Shown here: one piece after another, positions 37,146 to 49,350 of the stretch
How the letters are laid out: each line of letters opens with the position of its first letter
How positions within the stretch are numbered: position 1 is the stretch's first letter
Source: Raillietiella orientalis
Taxonomy: Eukaryota
Length of the DNA: 64,000 bases
Direction: 5' to 3'
Assembly (NCBI GenBank): GCA_036172245.1
Contig: JAYWIR010000069.1
Location: 124,001 to 188,000, forward strand
Made by a program: the position numbers and the translations under genes
Notes under the pieces: generated by a model
Databases searched by the model: none
The model's input: only the letters and a program-made list of their open reading frames with translations
What the model was told of the DNA's origin: nothing

Positions 37146-38006
37146 GTAGTACTGTGGCACATAGACGTGAGTCGTCAAGAACTCTCAATGACAGGACCAA
37201 CTGTAAGACAACATGAATCAAACGATGCGAAAACATACACCCCCTCTCTCATGCAAACATTTCCATCTCTTGGAGCCGTCCCCTATTCCGAGGGGGGAGC
37301 CCTAGAGGGTTATTACCTCTTACCCCTAGAACCCTAGAACCTCTCGGGCCATGTAGCTGCTGGACTGACACCTCTCCAGAGAGTGTTTCTTCTGGGGAGT
37401 TCAACGGAAATCCTCATCGCGCTTTGGTGAAGCTGATGGAAAGCAGTGTAAGGATCTCGGGATGAGAAAAGAATCACATCTCCTTCATTCGTTTCCCAGA
37501 GGAGAATTTTTTGTGTGTCGTTTTGAACGAATTAGCGAGCATGAAGTAACGAACAGCTACGGTCACGTGTCAACAGAACCCTCTGACGCTACCCCGGCCT
37601 ACACTTCGTTACGAGCAGTCATTTGTTTGGGGAGGAATTCAAATTTGATTCTCGCTCGTGGAACGAATTTTTCGTGGCCGCCGCTTCCAGCTCTTGGTAT
37701 CCCTGCAGGGTTTGATGCTGAGGAACCGGGGAGCGAACGGGTGAACGCTCGCCAGCCCAAAAGGCAAATTCTCTTGAAGGCAAAGGAGCAAAATACACAA
37801 ATGGCGCCTCTCCTTTATTCGGCGCGAGGGAAACCCGTTCCATACGGCTACGAAAACGGGGATTCCCGATTGCTGTGGACGCGATAAGGGACTCACACAT
37901 TTGGAATGAGGTTCCATTCAACGTATTTAGCCTTGAGCTCCTCCAGCAGCCAAATCCTGAAATCCATTTCTTTGTGTTGGTATTCCAAATCAAACCAGTT
38001 TATCTC
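37146..38006 (-). pseudogene. Two exon-like segments of an unidentified, probably decayed gene
   Basis: tttctcag|exon 38006-37897|gtgagt, then ttgtcttacag|exon from 37200. The splice reads EINWFDLEYQHKEMDFRIWLLEELKAKYVEWNLIPNVWSCH*EFLTTHVYVPQYY with one in-frame stop. Confidence 0.3.
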
Positions 38007-39521
38007 CTGAGAAAGAGTTTCTGCACGTTCTCCACCCGTGATTTTAGAAATCCCGCAGCATCCTTCGGTTCTTCTATTCATTCTTGAGCTTCTTTCCTTT
38101 TTCTTTTTTCCGAAAAACTTTCGGCGGACAGTGGGTTTCGAAAGAAAGGCTAACGAAACAAGAGCGGTAAACCCCGCATGCTAAATGATCGCCTGGATCA
38201 ACAAGTACATGGCGTGGTGAAATCGTACGATCGCGCAAGAAGCGCCGCCATCGAGGACTTCGGGAAACCAGCGCGGAAACTCGGCGGTTCTTGGGGCGCG
38301 CCGGCGGGGAGAGCTGAAGCACTGGGTACCCCATTACCCCGTCCAGGCTTCCGCATGGCTGCCGAAAAGGCCACGTCCACGCGAACCCTCCAGTGAACCA
38401 GCTCGACTCGTGCCTCTCGAATAACACGAATTTTCCAGCAGTGTTCCGATTTCCGTTTAATTATTTTGTTCATCGATCTCCGAGCGCGAGCATTGGATGG
38501 CTTTCTCGAGGAGGAAGCGTTTCGTCCCTTGTTTGCTACCGGCTATGCACAGGGAGGGAGCCTCGTAAAGGGTAGTCGATAAAAAAAAAAGTTCAAGAAC
38601 GTAACACGTGCTTGTTCCCCCTCCGACGTATATTAGGGACGGATCCCACACATGCAGGGCATGGGAAGAGACACACAGCCAAGTACCGTATATCGGTTTG
38701 TAAGTCGAAACGAGAACTCGAGACGATGTGCCAAGGGGTGCTTGAACAGCTACAGGAAACAATCTCCGGGATTGCAATAGGCGTGCTCCTGACCTAAACA
38801 GTAACCCCTTGGAATGTTAGGCGGATCAAACTTTTCCAGGGTAGTGAAAGAAAGAGAGGGAGAATTCATCAAAAGCAGGAGAAAAGGAAGCTTCGGGATG
38901 GAAGGAGCGGAAGGTTTTTTTTTTTTTTTTTTGCTTTTTGAAACCTCTGAAAGTTTGGGCCAGCGGAAATTTTACAAAAATAAACACCGAAACGTGCATC
39001 CGTCAAGCGATCTCGCAAATTTCCGTAGGTGGATCCGGCCCGTCCGAAATTCAGCGGCATGCGAAAAAAAAAAAAAAGGGAGACGTCGCCGTCTCAGCGT
39101 GAGTAAAATCTCTGGGCAGTTTGAGTGTTAAAATCTGAAACCTGAGCTATGTAAGGATAACTTTCTGCCAGCCAACGAAATTTCCTCTCCGAAACTTCCC
39201 GTTGCCAACTTTTGTTCTCGGCGATTGCCATCAGACGAAGCGCGCAATCGTCTCGCGGACGCCGAGCTTCCTATGCGCTGCGTTTTACTGTTCCATTAAA
39301 AATTTCCCAATTACGGTCCACTGCGAAGGATCAAAACGAGTGATGTGAAGCCGAACCGTTTTTCCGGGATCTTCCCTCCCGCTTGCGTCCCGCATCCTCA
39401 GCTAAGCATCCCTTTTCGCTCCGCCTATTAGAATAAAATGCAGTGTGCAAACACTGTTGGCGCGACACTCACGACTTGCAGAGTCCGAAGCGCCCATCTC
39501 ACTTGATGTAAATGCGGATGG

Positions 39522-39695
39522 TGCCGATTGTTCAGCTCTAAATATAGATCTAAACAATTGGTGCGCTCGCGTCTGAATTTGCCGATTGTTCAGCTCTAAA
39601 TATAGATCTAAACAATTGGTGCGCTCGCGTCTGAATTTGCCGATTGTTCAGATCTAAATATAGATCTAAACAATTGGCGCACTCGCATCTGAATT
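39522..39695. repeat. Tandem array of 3 x 58 bp, each unit an imperfect hairpin
   Basis: Unit tgccgattgttcagctctaaatatagatctaaacaattggtgcgctcgcgtctgaatt starts at 39522, 39580 and 39638. Units 1 and 2 are identical; unit 3 has a few substitutions. Confidence 0.95.
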
Positions 39696-40599
39696 CTCGA
39701 GTGCTTCGGATGTGCGCGCGAGGCAGATATTCAGTCGCAGAGGGTAGAAACGCAGCGTTTCATGATCTCGTAACGAAGTCAAGATTATTTCGGCTCGAGC
39801 TGCCATCCCTAAAAGACCAGTAAAAAAAAACACATCCAGTGCGAGCAATTCCAGTCGAACCGCAGCGTGGGCACCAGTGGATGGTGGAGCAGCGTCGCAG
39901 GTTGCCATGACGTCATCGACAGGACCTCACTCGAAAACAGCCTCAGACCTTGTATATATAAATACATATACGTGTATTTTTACAAGGACAGGCAGTGCCC
40001 TCATGAGTGTCGAGAACGGAACCCGGAGACAGAAGTAGAGCTTCTGACCAACCGCGTCCCAAGAAACTCGAACTGTCGTGCGCTGCGGAAAGCGAGTCGG
40101 AGAAGCAAAGACCACATTCAGGATTTATGTTTTTTTTTTTCGGGAGTGCTTCCGATGCGAACAGGAGCTCCCCGCTCTCCGAACGCTGACTGAGTCCCAC
40201 GAGCGGAGGGCGAGCGAGCGAGCCAAGCATCCAACTGCCCGTGAGGGAAGATTAAAGGGCTAAGGGAGGACCGCAGTACGTGGACCGCGAACAGGCACGG
40301 TGGAGCAGATTCCGCGACCCGACTTTCCACCTGCTGCTGACGGGCCAGCGACGATAATACGCGCCGGGACCAACAGGGCTGCTGCAACCTGACAACTCTG
40401 GGAGCAGGAGGTCCACTGGAGGCAGGAAGATGGAGCACGTGCAAGTCAAAGGATATGGGGAGGAAAAGTGGTCGAAAGGACGGAGGATCCCATCTGAATT
40501 TGTTACGGACACCGGCTAAACTTTCACCAGTCGGCGCACTCCCGCCGATCGTGTCGGGAAAACTGATTTCCGATCCAGAGCAGGTACCATTCTAAGACT

Positions 40600-41000
40600 C
40601 TGCCGTGGGCGCAACCCTTCGTATGCGTCAAGACGCAAAATCGCATTTTATCCTTCCGGGAAGTTCCCGCCCGTAGGGATGTGTAAAAGCCGGGATATTT
40701 TCCTTCTCCCCGGATTCAAGTGAGCCAATGGAATCCCTTGGATTGGGTATCCTCTTCCCGTGGAAAAGGCGAGGGCAGTGCTCACGGGACCGCATGGAAG
40801 TGACGGAGGAATCCCGTGCTCGGGAACTGACAGAACTGGAAGGAAATTTCCTGCATCTCCGGGAGCACCTCGATTCGCAGACCTTTCCTCGGAGAGGGTT
40901 TCTGGGAGATCGAGCCAGAAAGGGAGTCGCATTGTTTCTACGAGTCGCTCACATCCTTCATTCCGTTCGGATCGCGAAACCCGCGGTTGCCAAGGGTAGC
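40600..41000 (+). mobile_element. Probable decayed LINE RT thumb fragment
   Basis: LGILFPW ('YLGI'-like) in ORF 40728..41072. Confidence 0.4.
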
Positions 41001-43339
41001 GGGCATTGTTGGGGGAGGTGGGGGGGGGGGGGTATCTGCCGGATGTGGCGTGCGCTTCCCGGAACCACGTGATCACTGGAAGATTTCGCGCACAGAATAC
41101 TAACGGATGGCCGCTGAGGGGTCATGGGGGAAAAAATCGCCCACGGGAGCGGAAGTTACGGGACTCTGGTGGCGACACGCGACGTGCAGGACGCGAAGCT
41201 CGCTGCCTCTCCGTTGCTTTGCATTTGGTTTTTGATTCTTGGCAGTGATTTCGGAATTTCGGCGGCATGGAAACTTGAGGCCGCTAAAAAGGAAGCAAAA
41301 AAAAAAAAAAAAGGAGAGAGAAAGAAAAGAAAAAAAAGCGTCAAACTGAAGGAAACAAACTGGGGAGCTACGAAAATGGTAAAGAACCAAGAAATAAACA
41401 AAGACAGCTTTTCGAAGCCCGTCATTCGTGGAGAGTTCTGAAAAACTCGCTGTCATTTATTCGTAATCTCATCAGCGAATGGCTTGGATTACGGGCCATC
41501 TTCCCGAAGTGAAAAATCTGAACCTTTCGTGCAGAAATCTCCAAACGTTAATACACGGGAGCAGGAAGACGTATTGGCGAAATGATAGAAAAATCTCCGT
41601 TCAAGAGGACCAATCCTTCAGTCCCCATCAAAACGCTGATTGCAGAACCAGACGCGTCATTTGTTTCGTCTAAACCGCCTAAAAGGTGGTTTAGACTTAC
41701 TAGATTAGATGCTATTACATTTGCAGAATGTAGGTGTACAAACGTGATAATAAATATGGATAGGCACTCTTCGGTAGGATCATCACACAGAATGTTCTTC
41801 CGTAGATAGGATGCCAGATACTTTCCGGTAAAGAGTGTGTGCAGCAATCTCTTCGCGAATGGAGACACAGAAGTGCATTTTGCGATTTCCTCGAGAGGTA
41901 GCCAGCAGCTCTTAAGAAAGAAACCATGTCTTTTACTGCATGCTCTTCATTTTATTGTTATTATTACTAGTGTTTGTAACAAGAAAAAGATGGGGGGAAA
42001 TCGAGAAAGAAAAAAAAAAAAAAAAATGGCTGTTTTATCCCAGCAAGTTTGGACCGTGACGGAGCGAAGGGGAAAGTCGCACCCCGAAGGAAGGCGAAAT
42101 TCGTCCAAGGAACCACCGGATTTGCCGGATTGCCGGAAACACCTCGAGCGGTCCGAAGCCCACGCCTTCCTCGGACCAAAGTGCAATCCGCAAATGTTTT
42201 TCCGAAACTTTGTCATTAGATGATTGCCGTGTTGCCATCCATCGTGAGTTCGCGGGCATTTCGCCTTGTCCTCGAGGCTTTCCCCATCTACATGAACTCT
42301 TGAAACAGACATCAGGGAACATAATATCGGTGATGTACGCAAACGTCTCTTCGTGCTTGCGTCCGAGACGATATTTTTCCCAGTTAAGTCAACTGTTTGC
42401 TCGTAGTTGGGAGCCAAGGGGTCAGTTATTGATCTGTACTTCTTTTGTTTTTTTGTTGCTGTTGCTCCCTTCTTCCTCTGTGGCGGTCGTTTCCTAACGC
42501 ACTGATTCAGGTATTTCGCGCAAATTCGGAAACAAATGCAGCCAAAGAGCTCCCCGTGCGTGTGTGATGGAGGATAGATGTTCCTCCACAGCCACCGGCG
42601 TCAATTCATCCGGAAACTTGAGTGCGCGAGAGGCAGCGCTCGCCTAATCCTCAAATCGAGGCACGAAACCGGGCAAATGAATTTTGGAAATGATTATCCT
42701 CGCGGTCGTTTTTATTCAGGCGGGAATTCCCGTAGATGGCACTGATCGCCACGGTTGCCGTTCCGTTGCGGGCAGCCGCATCCGACGTCCGCTGCGGAGG
42801 AGGGGGACACACCGACACGAGTTTGAAGGAGGGGGAGGGGGGATGAGGAAGAAGCTCGGAGAACGTCGCCTCGCTGAAGACGTAAGAGTGGCTGGCAACG
42901 AGAGAGAAACCAATAAGTGAGATTATGACGGCTTCGCTCCAGCGTGAAACCATGCGACGAGTCGGAATCTTTCAATGCATGGGTAAGCAGAGGCAGCGTC
43001 CCGGTCGCCCTGCTCGGGGAGAGACGAGGGAAAGAGGGAGACATGTGAATGAATCGATAACCATGTGCTGACAGAAAGCAATCCGAGATGGAGGAATTTT
43101 TGCATCCTGGGATGAAGGATGCACAAATTATTTATCATGGGAACGAATTCGACGGTGATCCGCCAGGAACGGGAGGGAAGGTTTCCGGGAAACGAAAGGA
43201 TTGCCTTTCCTCTCCGTCGGATACGAGCAGAGCAGTCGAGTTTCGGACATCTCGAAATGGCGAGATGGGATCGGGAAGTGCCTCTGGGCAGCAGCAGTAG
43301 CACGCTTGCCCGCAGCTCTGCAAGTGGATGGGCGCCTTC

Positions 43340-43600
43340 CGATCGCTCGTGACTGACCCGACCTGCATTGTCCAGCTGTCCGAGGTCCGCATCAGCGACC
43401 CGCTGAGAGGGTGATTCCAGGTGCGCAACCTGTCCTACGAGAAGTCCGTGTGAGTCAGGTGCACCTTCGACGGTGGCGCACCTACGAAGACACTTACTGC
43501 GAGTACGCGTGTCCCGCCCAGCTGGACGGCTTCGACCTCTTCCGGTTCTCCGTGCTGATCTTCTGCAGCCGCGTTGCCCAGAGCGTCGAGTTCTGTGAAG
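43340..43600 (+). pseudogene. CBM21-domain pseudogene fragment (PP1 glycogen-targeting subunit, PPP1R3/Gbs family)
   Basis: VQLSEVRISDPLRG*FQVRNLSYEKSV*VRCTFDG/WRTYEDTYCEY...DGFDLFRFSV...QSVEFC fits the CBM21 pattern VxNLxFEKxVxVRxTxDxW...DxFxF...EFC. Stops at 43412 and 43451; frameshift near 43473. Confidence 0.88.
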
Positions 43601-43609
43601 CATCTCTCG

Positions 43610-45720
43610 CCCCGCGGCTGCTCGTCGTAGACCAGATGCTCACACATTCAAAACGGCTCCGGCGGCGAACTGCCGTCCCGACGACCTCTGCGGACGCAAA
43701 GAGCACCCTGCAGGACGTCGAGGCATCCGGAGGTGAGGTTCAGCAGCCGAGGAGGATCGGATCGGCGCGAAGAGCGGGAGTCCTCAGTGGCATCAACGGA
43801 CGGACACACGAAGCTAACCAGAGCGCGGGTCCACCAAGACAGGACCATCAAAAGAGCACACGCCGCTTTGAGGAGAGGGCGCTTGCGAGAGGTTTGCGCA
43901 CGTCGATGCGTTTCTGCATCCCGACGACGACGACTTCCAGCACCCTCTCCTCGAAGCGACGTCTTCCCACGTGTGCTTTTCCCTTCCTTCCAATCGTGCC
44001 GATGGACCTCGGTCGTACAGAGCACGTGCCTCTGCAGGCCTCTAGGAAACCCACCCTGGTCTAGCTCTCCTCGCTTTTCCTGCATCTCTTCTGACGCACC
44101 ACAATTCGCGCTTGTTCCTCCAGCGGGGAGGAAGGAAATCCACGCACATTTGAGTCTTAGCGACGGGGGTCCACCTCAGCCCGCGTTGGCTGGCTGCGGC
44201 CTCCGCGCGTGGCATCGACCGTTGCGGGTTCGAATCCCGCCCTGGATGAATAGTCGTGGGTTTCGAGTTATCCCTCGCAGAACGAGGCTGAATGGTCTAT
44301 TCGGGTGCTGCACCGGTGGAAGCCCGTTGACTGGCCGGGCTCTGTGTCAAATTCCAAGGTCTTCAATCTCCGCATTCCTTCCGGTAGTCAAGAAACCCTT
44401 GGGGATTCCCCTCCTGTTGTGGAAATGGAGCCGTTTATCAAGTACAATGGAGCTGGTCGAGACCTCCTAAGGAATTTTCCTCTCCAGAATGTCAGAAGCG
44501 CACTGCTCCCTTCGGGGAGCAACCCCTCTTCAAAAATTTGGAAGCGTTCCTTGGTTTCTTCAGAGGAGTAAAAGAGGAGAAGATCCTGGGGGTCTTTCTA
44601 GGGAAGAAAAGACGCGTGGACCCCACCGGAGAGAAAGAGGAAGAGGATCTCCTTCAGAGACAGCCAGTACGTCTTATCCGTACGGAAGGACTCGCCTCCT
44701 ACCTTTTGTGCCCCGGCCGGAAAGTAAGATGTGGTCTCCTCCTAGGGCGCATGGGCACCCTGGCGAAGGAGAACGGCTGGATGGCCTGTTGCCTAGCCAA
44801 CTGTAGCTCCTGGCTAGAGGTAACATTTGGTACGTGGGCGAGGATGAACGAGCAGAGATCCAAGATGTAGAACTGCTTGCAACTCGGCATCCACGTCCGC
44901 TGCCCGCTGCGGAAGATCCTGGAGTGTCCCGTCTTCAAGAAAGAGGAATTTTTTGTTTGATTGGAATGACTCACATAGCTTCAAAACTGTTTATATAAAC
45001 AAATAATAATGCCTCCCAGTAGAAGCGCGTGGGCGGAGCGGACCCCCACTCGCGGTAACGATGCCCTTCTTGAGGATGGCACTTGGCAGCAGCCAAACGC
45101 CGAGGTGGAGAGTCTCCTGTGAGATCGCAGGCAGGCGGGAGACCATGAGTGGTCGGACCATGGGGAAGCCAGTGGATACTGCTACCCCAAACGTCCTTCT
45201 GCGATGATTAGAGCGCTGGGGTGAGCTGCCGGGAGTTCTTAACGAAGACATGGAGTGGCTCCCGGTGTTTGCGGACAGAAGCGTCCTACCCCTGAAGTGG
45301 CGGAAGTTGACACTTCTGCTGTTACACTGGGGTCTTCCCTGCAACTCTCGCCGCCATCACTGGAATCTGGGGAGGGCGAGCCTGGACTGTCGTAGGTGCG
45401 GGAGAACGGGAATCCCTCCTGCACCTGCATGTGAGCTGTGTCGTTGCCCTCCAGCCCCTGTGGGAACGTTTCGGAAAGACCCTGCGGATTCTGCTTGCCC
45501 TCCCTCCCCCTTCCCCAGAAACGTTTTACGGCTGCTCCACGTGAGGGACTCCCTGCAACCATCCGCAGTACAAGCAGCACCTTGCCGCATCCGCAGGATT
45601 GCAGAGCCATTCGGAGAGAAACGAAGAGGGATGACGCCGCAAGCTATCATCGACCTTGGATGAACTAAAACATTCTGGAAATCACTCCATGAAAATCCCC
45701 GTGCCCCTGGACGCTTAACT
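43610..45720 (+). mobile_element. Internally deleted family A LINE (ORF1 knuckle, endonuclease start, RT thumb, zf-RVT)
   Basis: RRLPTC knuckle remnant; WMNSRGF and FPLQNV endonuclease-like motifs; KILGVFLG; LPLKWRKLTLLLLHWGLPCNSRRHHW...CRRC. Confidence 0.8.
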
Positions 45721-47847
45721 TAAATTAAATTTCCTCCGTGACTGCGCAAAAGCTGGAGGGATCACTAGGAGGGATCTACCTTGAAGGCCAACATTGATGC
45801 AAGAGCAGCTGATGAAGCTGCTGTCCTCCTGCCATCGGATCCGCGTTTTCCTTGGTGCCGTGGTGATGTGTCGCCCCACGCGAATAAGAGGAACGAGTCG
45901 CAGCTTGTCACTGCACCCACTGAGTAGCATTGGGCAGCCTGCTTGCTGATGATGATGCTAATCGCGGCTCCTGTTCTCGAGGACACGCGGCAGCTGTTTT
46001 CCGTGATGACCACGCTGCCACTCTGTGGCCGGCCGTCGCCTTGGATACGCGGACTTACCGCGACTTCGAGACGATTGATTTTTTCGCAGCACTCGGGCAC
46101 TTCGAGGATTCAATGGGCAATCAATGGCTCTGGGCAATCGCCCAAGAATGTGAGTTTTTTTCACCTAGGCCTATTTGTCAGGTCATCTACTTGGTGGGTG
46201 TGGTACTCCATAGAAGTCATTCGGTGATTATCCTCATCGTTATCCTGAGTCCTATGAACATAGGTGGCTACCTTTCGTTTCCATGCCAACTGGCATCGCC
46301 AGCAACCGCTACGGGGTAGGTTGTGGCTACCGACTTCCAAACCCTCCCCATTTCCCGTAAATAGCTCTCATAAGGGTTTTCTTTGCTCCATGGTGGCCCA
46401 TCCATCAGAAGTGCCACCTTACCCTCGGGTTTGGGAATGACCATGATGATGGGCGATTGCACTGCCAAGTCGTCAGTGGTCCTTCCAATCTCATAGTCAC
46501 AGCCGGTCACCAGCTGCCTCCATTTCAGCAGGATAAGGCCATTCCAGAAGTCGATTTAATGGAACAGAAAATAAATAAATAAATATACAGCTCTTCCTCA
46601 TTGCTAGCATCCATACTGCCTTCCGCTGAAGCCGTTCTCAAGCATCGTCAGCAGTGTCTCTCACTCCAACCCGCCTGCGCTCCGTTTCAGTTTTGCTACT
46701 TCTCATCAAAGGCAATCATTCGAGGTCACTGTGCGCCCAGTGTCGGTGCCACGTGAGTGTGAAGAGAGGCACAGGGTGGCCCTTCTCCTAACCCTATCGC
46801 GCGGCCGTCCCCAGCTCATCCAAGGCAGCTGGAACGGTGGCACAAAGGAACACGTGGCTCCCTGCCCGCAACTCCGAGAACCTCCGAGAGGTTCTCGGAG
46901 AGAATCTTCTTCGAAGGGAACCTCAGGGGAGTCTCTGCGGCAGCTTCCCAACGTCGAATCGAGGAATTCTTCCCGGATCCCGGAAGCAGGAGGGAGCGAT
47001 AGGGTGCGGGCAGCTTCGGCAGATCCGCCGTTCGCTGCAGCGCACTGCTTACAGAAGACGCAGCAGTCAAAGTGGGGAGAAACGCCTCCGTGGATGGCCG
47101 TCCTCCGTGGAGGAAGTGCAGCGCACTCTGCAGTGGAGGGGTGGGGGTGGGGTGAAAGGAGACGCGTTTGCAGGACGTGAGTGCCATGTCGAAATTCAAT
47201 TTGCCATAATTCGTCCAGCATTGCCAGACCTCTACGAGAAACGAACACGTCAAACAGCATCCAGAAACCCGCACGGGCTAAATAGACAGGCGTGCGTGAG
47301 ATGACGATCCGTGTTGCATTCTGGGATGAACTGCATCTACTTATCCTGAGCAGATGTCAGCAGCACTGCTTCACATGAAAGAGTTCTCAGAATTTCATCC
47401 AAAGCAGATATCTAGCAAGAGGAAGCGTCTGTCTTTTGGCGGATTCGTTCCAAGTGAGCTCATCATTAACCCCTCGAGTGCTGTGGAACGCATCTGTGCG
47501 TCCGGAGGCGCACACGGACGCATCTGTGGGCGCTGCGGAAATCAGGGGCGCACGTATGCATTGGGCAAATGTTTTTTTACCTTATCCTCGCGACGTCAGT
47601 TAACGCTATCAGTGTTTCCAAAAGAGCGTAATGTGAGTGTCCACATTACGTTCTTTTGCATCCCTTGGCAACGACTGTGAACAAAATTCTATTTATTTCG
47701 GCCAACTATTCCGTTCCGAGAATAATAGCATAATATTATAGTTGTAATTTATTATGTTGTACCACACCCAAATGAATTGTTGATTTTTATTGCAATTATG
47801 ATGATTATTTTTAAATGAATATTATATGTTTGGGAAAAAGGTAAACA

Positions 47848-47887
47848 ACACCACAGTAAGTAAAAACTATTTTACTTAATGTGGTGT
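47848..47887. repeat. 18-bp stem hairpin (1 mismatch) inside an AT-rich island
   Basis: acaccacagtaagtaaaa-acta-ttttacttaatgtggtgt. Confidence 0.9.
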
Positions 47888-48402
47888 AAATAAACAATTA
47901 CAATAGCAACTTTAATCAGCACTTTACAAAGTCAATTGGTACCTCTGATAGAGCACGCGACACGCGAAACAGCGTCCGTCCACGGAGGTCGCAGCTGCGA
48001 CCCGCGTGCCGTCGACGCAGAAGAGATGAGCTCAGCGCCCAAGGGCATAAAACCACCCGATTCCCTGAGATGCGTGAATAATCCTGATGGCGAAATGAAC
48101 CCTCAGCGATACGGTTCCCGAATGTTTTTCTGTGATTATTATTCAATGTGTAGTGAGCAATTACTCCTATCATTTCTCTGTTTCACACCAGGGTTCCCGA
48201 AATCGGCAATCTACAATTCTCAGTGCATACATTGCCACGTTTCTTGTAGAACGGGAAAGGGAGACGGGGATTACCAAGGCCGGTTCTTCCTTCCACGCTT
48301 TTCTGCTGAGAAGCACTCATTTTAACCGTTGAGTCCTTCCCCGAGCGAGGGAGGCAGAGATGGAAATCGGGGTGACGTGGAATCCACTCGGGGAAGGCCC
48401 GA

Positions 48403-49350
48403 CCCCGGTCCGACCAGCGGCGGGGAGAATTTATTTAACGACTCTTAAAGAATTCCGATAATCACACATTCTCGCAGACACATTGTCAGATGTCTTTGCA
48501 CGCAAAGCACTTTCAAAGATCACTTTCTTTTTCCTCGTTCGGGATTCTTTCCTACTGGGGGGAGGGTCGCTGGGGTCTGGTGGGCAGTCCACTCGCTTGG
48601 GCAGCATCTTCTTCAAGACGTAGCGGTATGCTTAGGCGGCAACTCTGCAGCAGTTGCTGCTCCCGAACTCCCTCGTCAGCACTCCTTGTAAAATGTTGGC
48701 AGCATTTCACAAGGACGTTGCACGGACGTTGGTGTTCTGCATCCTTGGCCTTCTTATCCCGAGTCGCTATGAAGAGGGCGATGGTGGGTGCGGACCATAG
48801 GATTGCATCGGGGAACCTTTGCGCCGGTATCTCCAACTCCGTTTCCGTCCGCGGGACGTCGCCTCCCTCAGCGTTGTCCAATCCCGGTGCCAGCGCCGGG
48901 CAGGTGGAAGCTGAATTTCACTGCCCCCACATGCCTTGCGGCGTTCATTTTGGCAGGCGCCTGTCCAATTTGTAATTCCGGAAGCGCTCAGGGTGCCTCC
49001 GTGGTAGAACATGAGGAGGTCATCCTGAGTGTGGGGTGGCAGGTCGCTTCCCCAGACTGTATTTCCAACTGCTCGCTGACTCACGTTGTGGCAGTCGTGG
49101 CAGCAGCCAGCAGCCGCGGCAAGGGCACCTACTTGCTGCCTTCTGGTGCGAAGGAGCCTTTTCAAGCTCTCCTTCGTCTCCAGGGACTGCTCGTTCTTCC
49201 GATGCATCCCAAACTCGCGTGTCTGACGGGTGAACCTTCCTGTCATCTTTCCTCTCCAGTGGACCATCCCACCGGAATTCCCGTCTAGGAGAAGTTCCTT
49301 CCGGAAGAAACGAATGAGCTGGTCCGCAGAGCAGCTGGTGGATAAACACC
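48403..49350 (-). mobile_element. Decayed LINE family B, 3' part
   Basis: VWGSDLPPHTQDDLLMFYHGG is homologous to SKMPPEIQDRLLMFHHRG at ~58930-58980. Terminal aataaattctccccgccgctggtcggaccgggg at 48403-48435 (minus). Confidence 0.7.

Noticed and set aside
39522..39695. CRISPR array (palindromic repeats at a regular period)
   Set aside because: The intervening sequence is also repeated (no unique spacers), there are no cas genes, and the context is eukaryotic.
41421..41482. Minimal hammerhead on the minus strand (cattcg CTGATGAG atta CGAAT ... cgaatg)
   Set aside because: GAAT replaces GAAA, there is no stem III, and CCA occupies the NUH position.
44185..44250. tRNA gene or tRNA-headed SINE
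   Set aside because: Only a T-arm is present. Homology between copies extends upstream into ORF1-like sequence, so it is internal to the LINE (kept as a finding).
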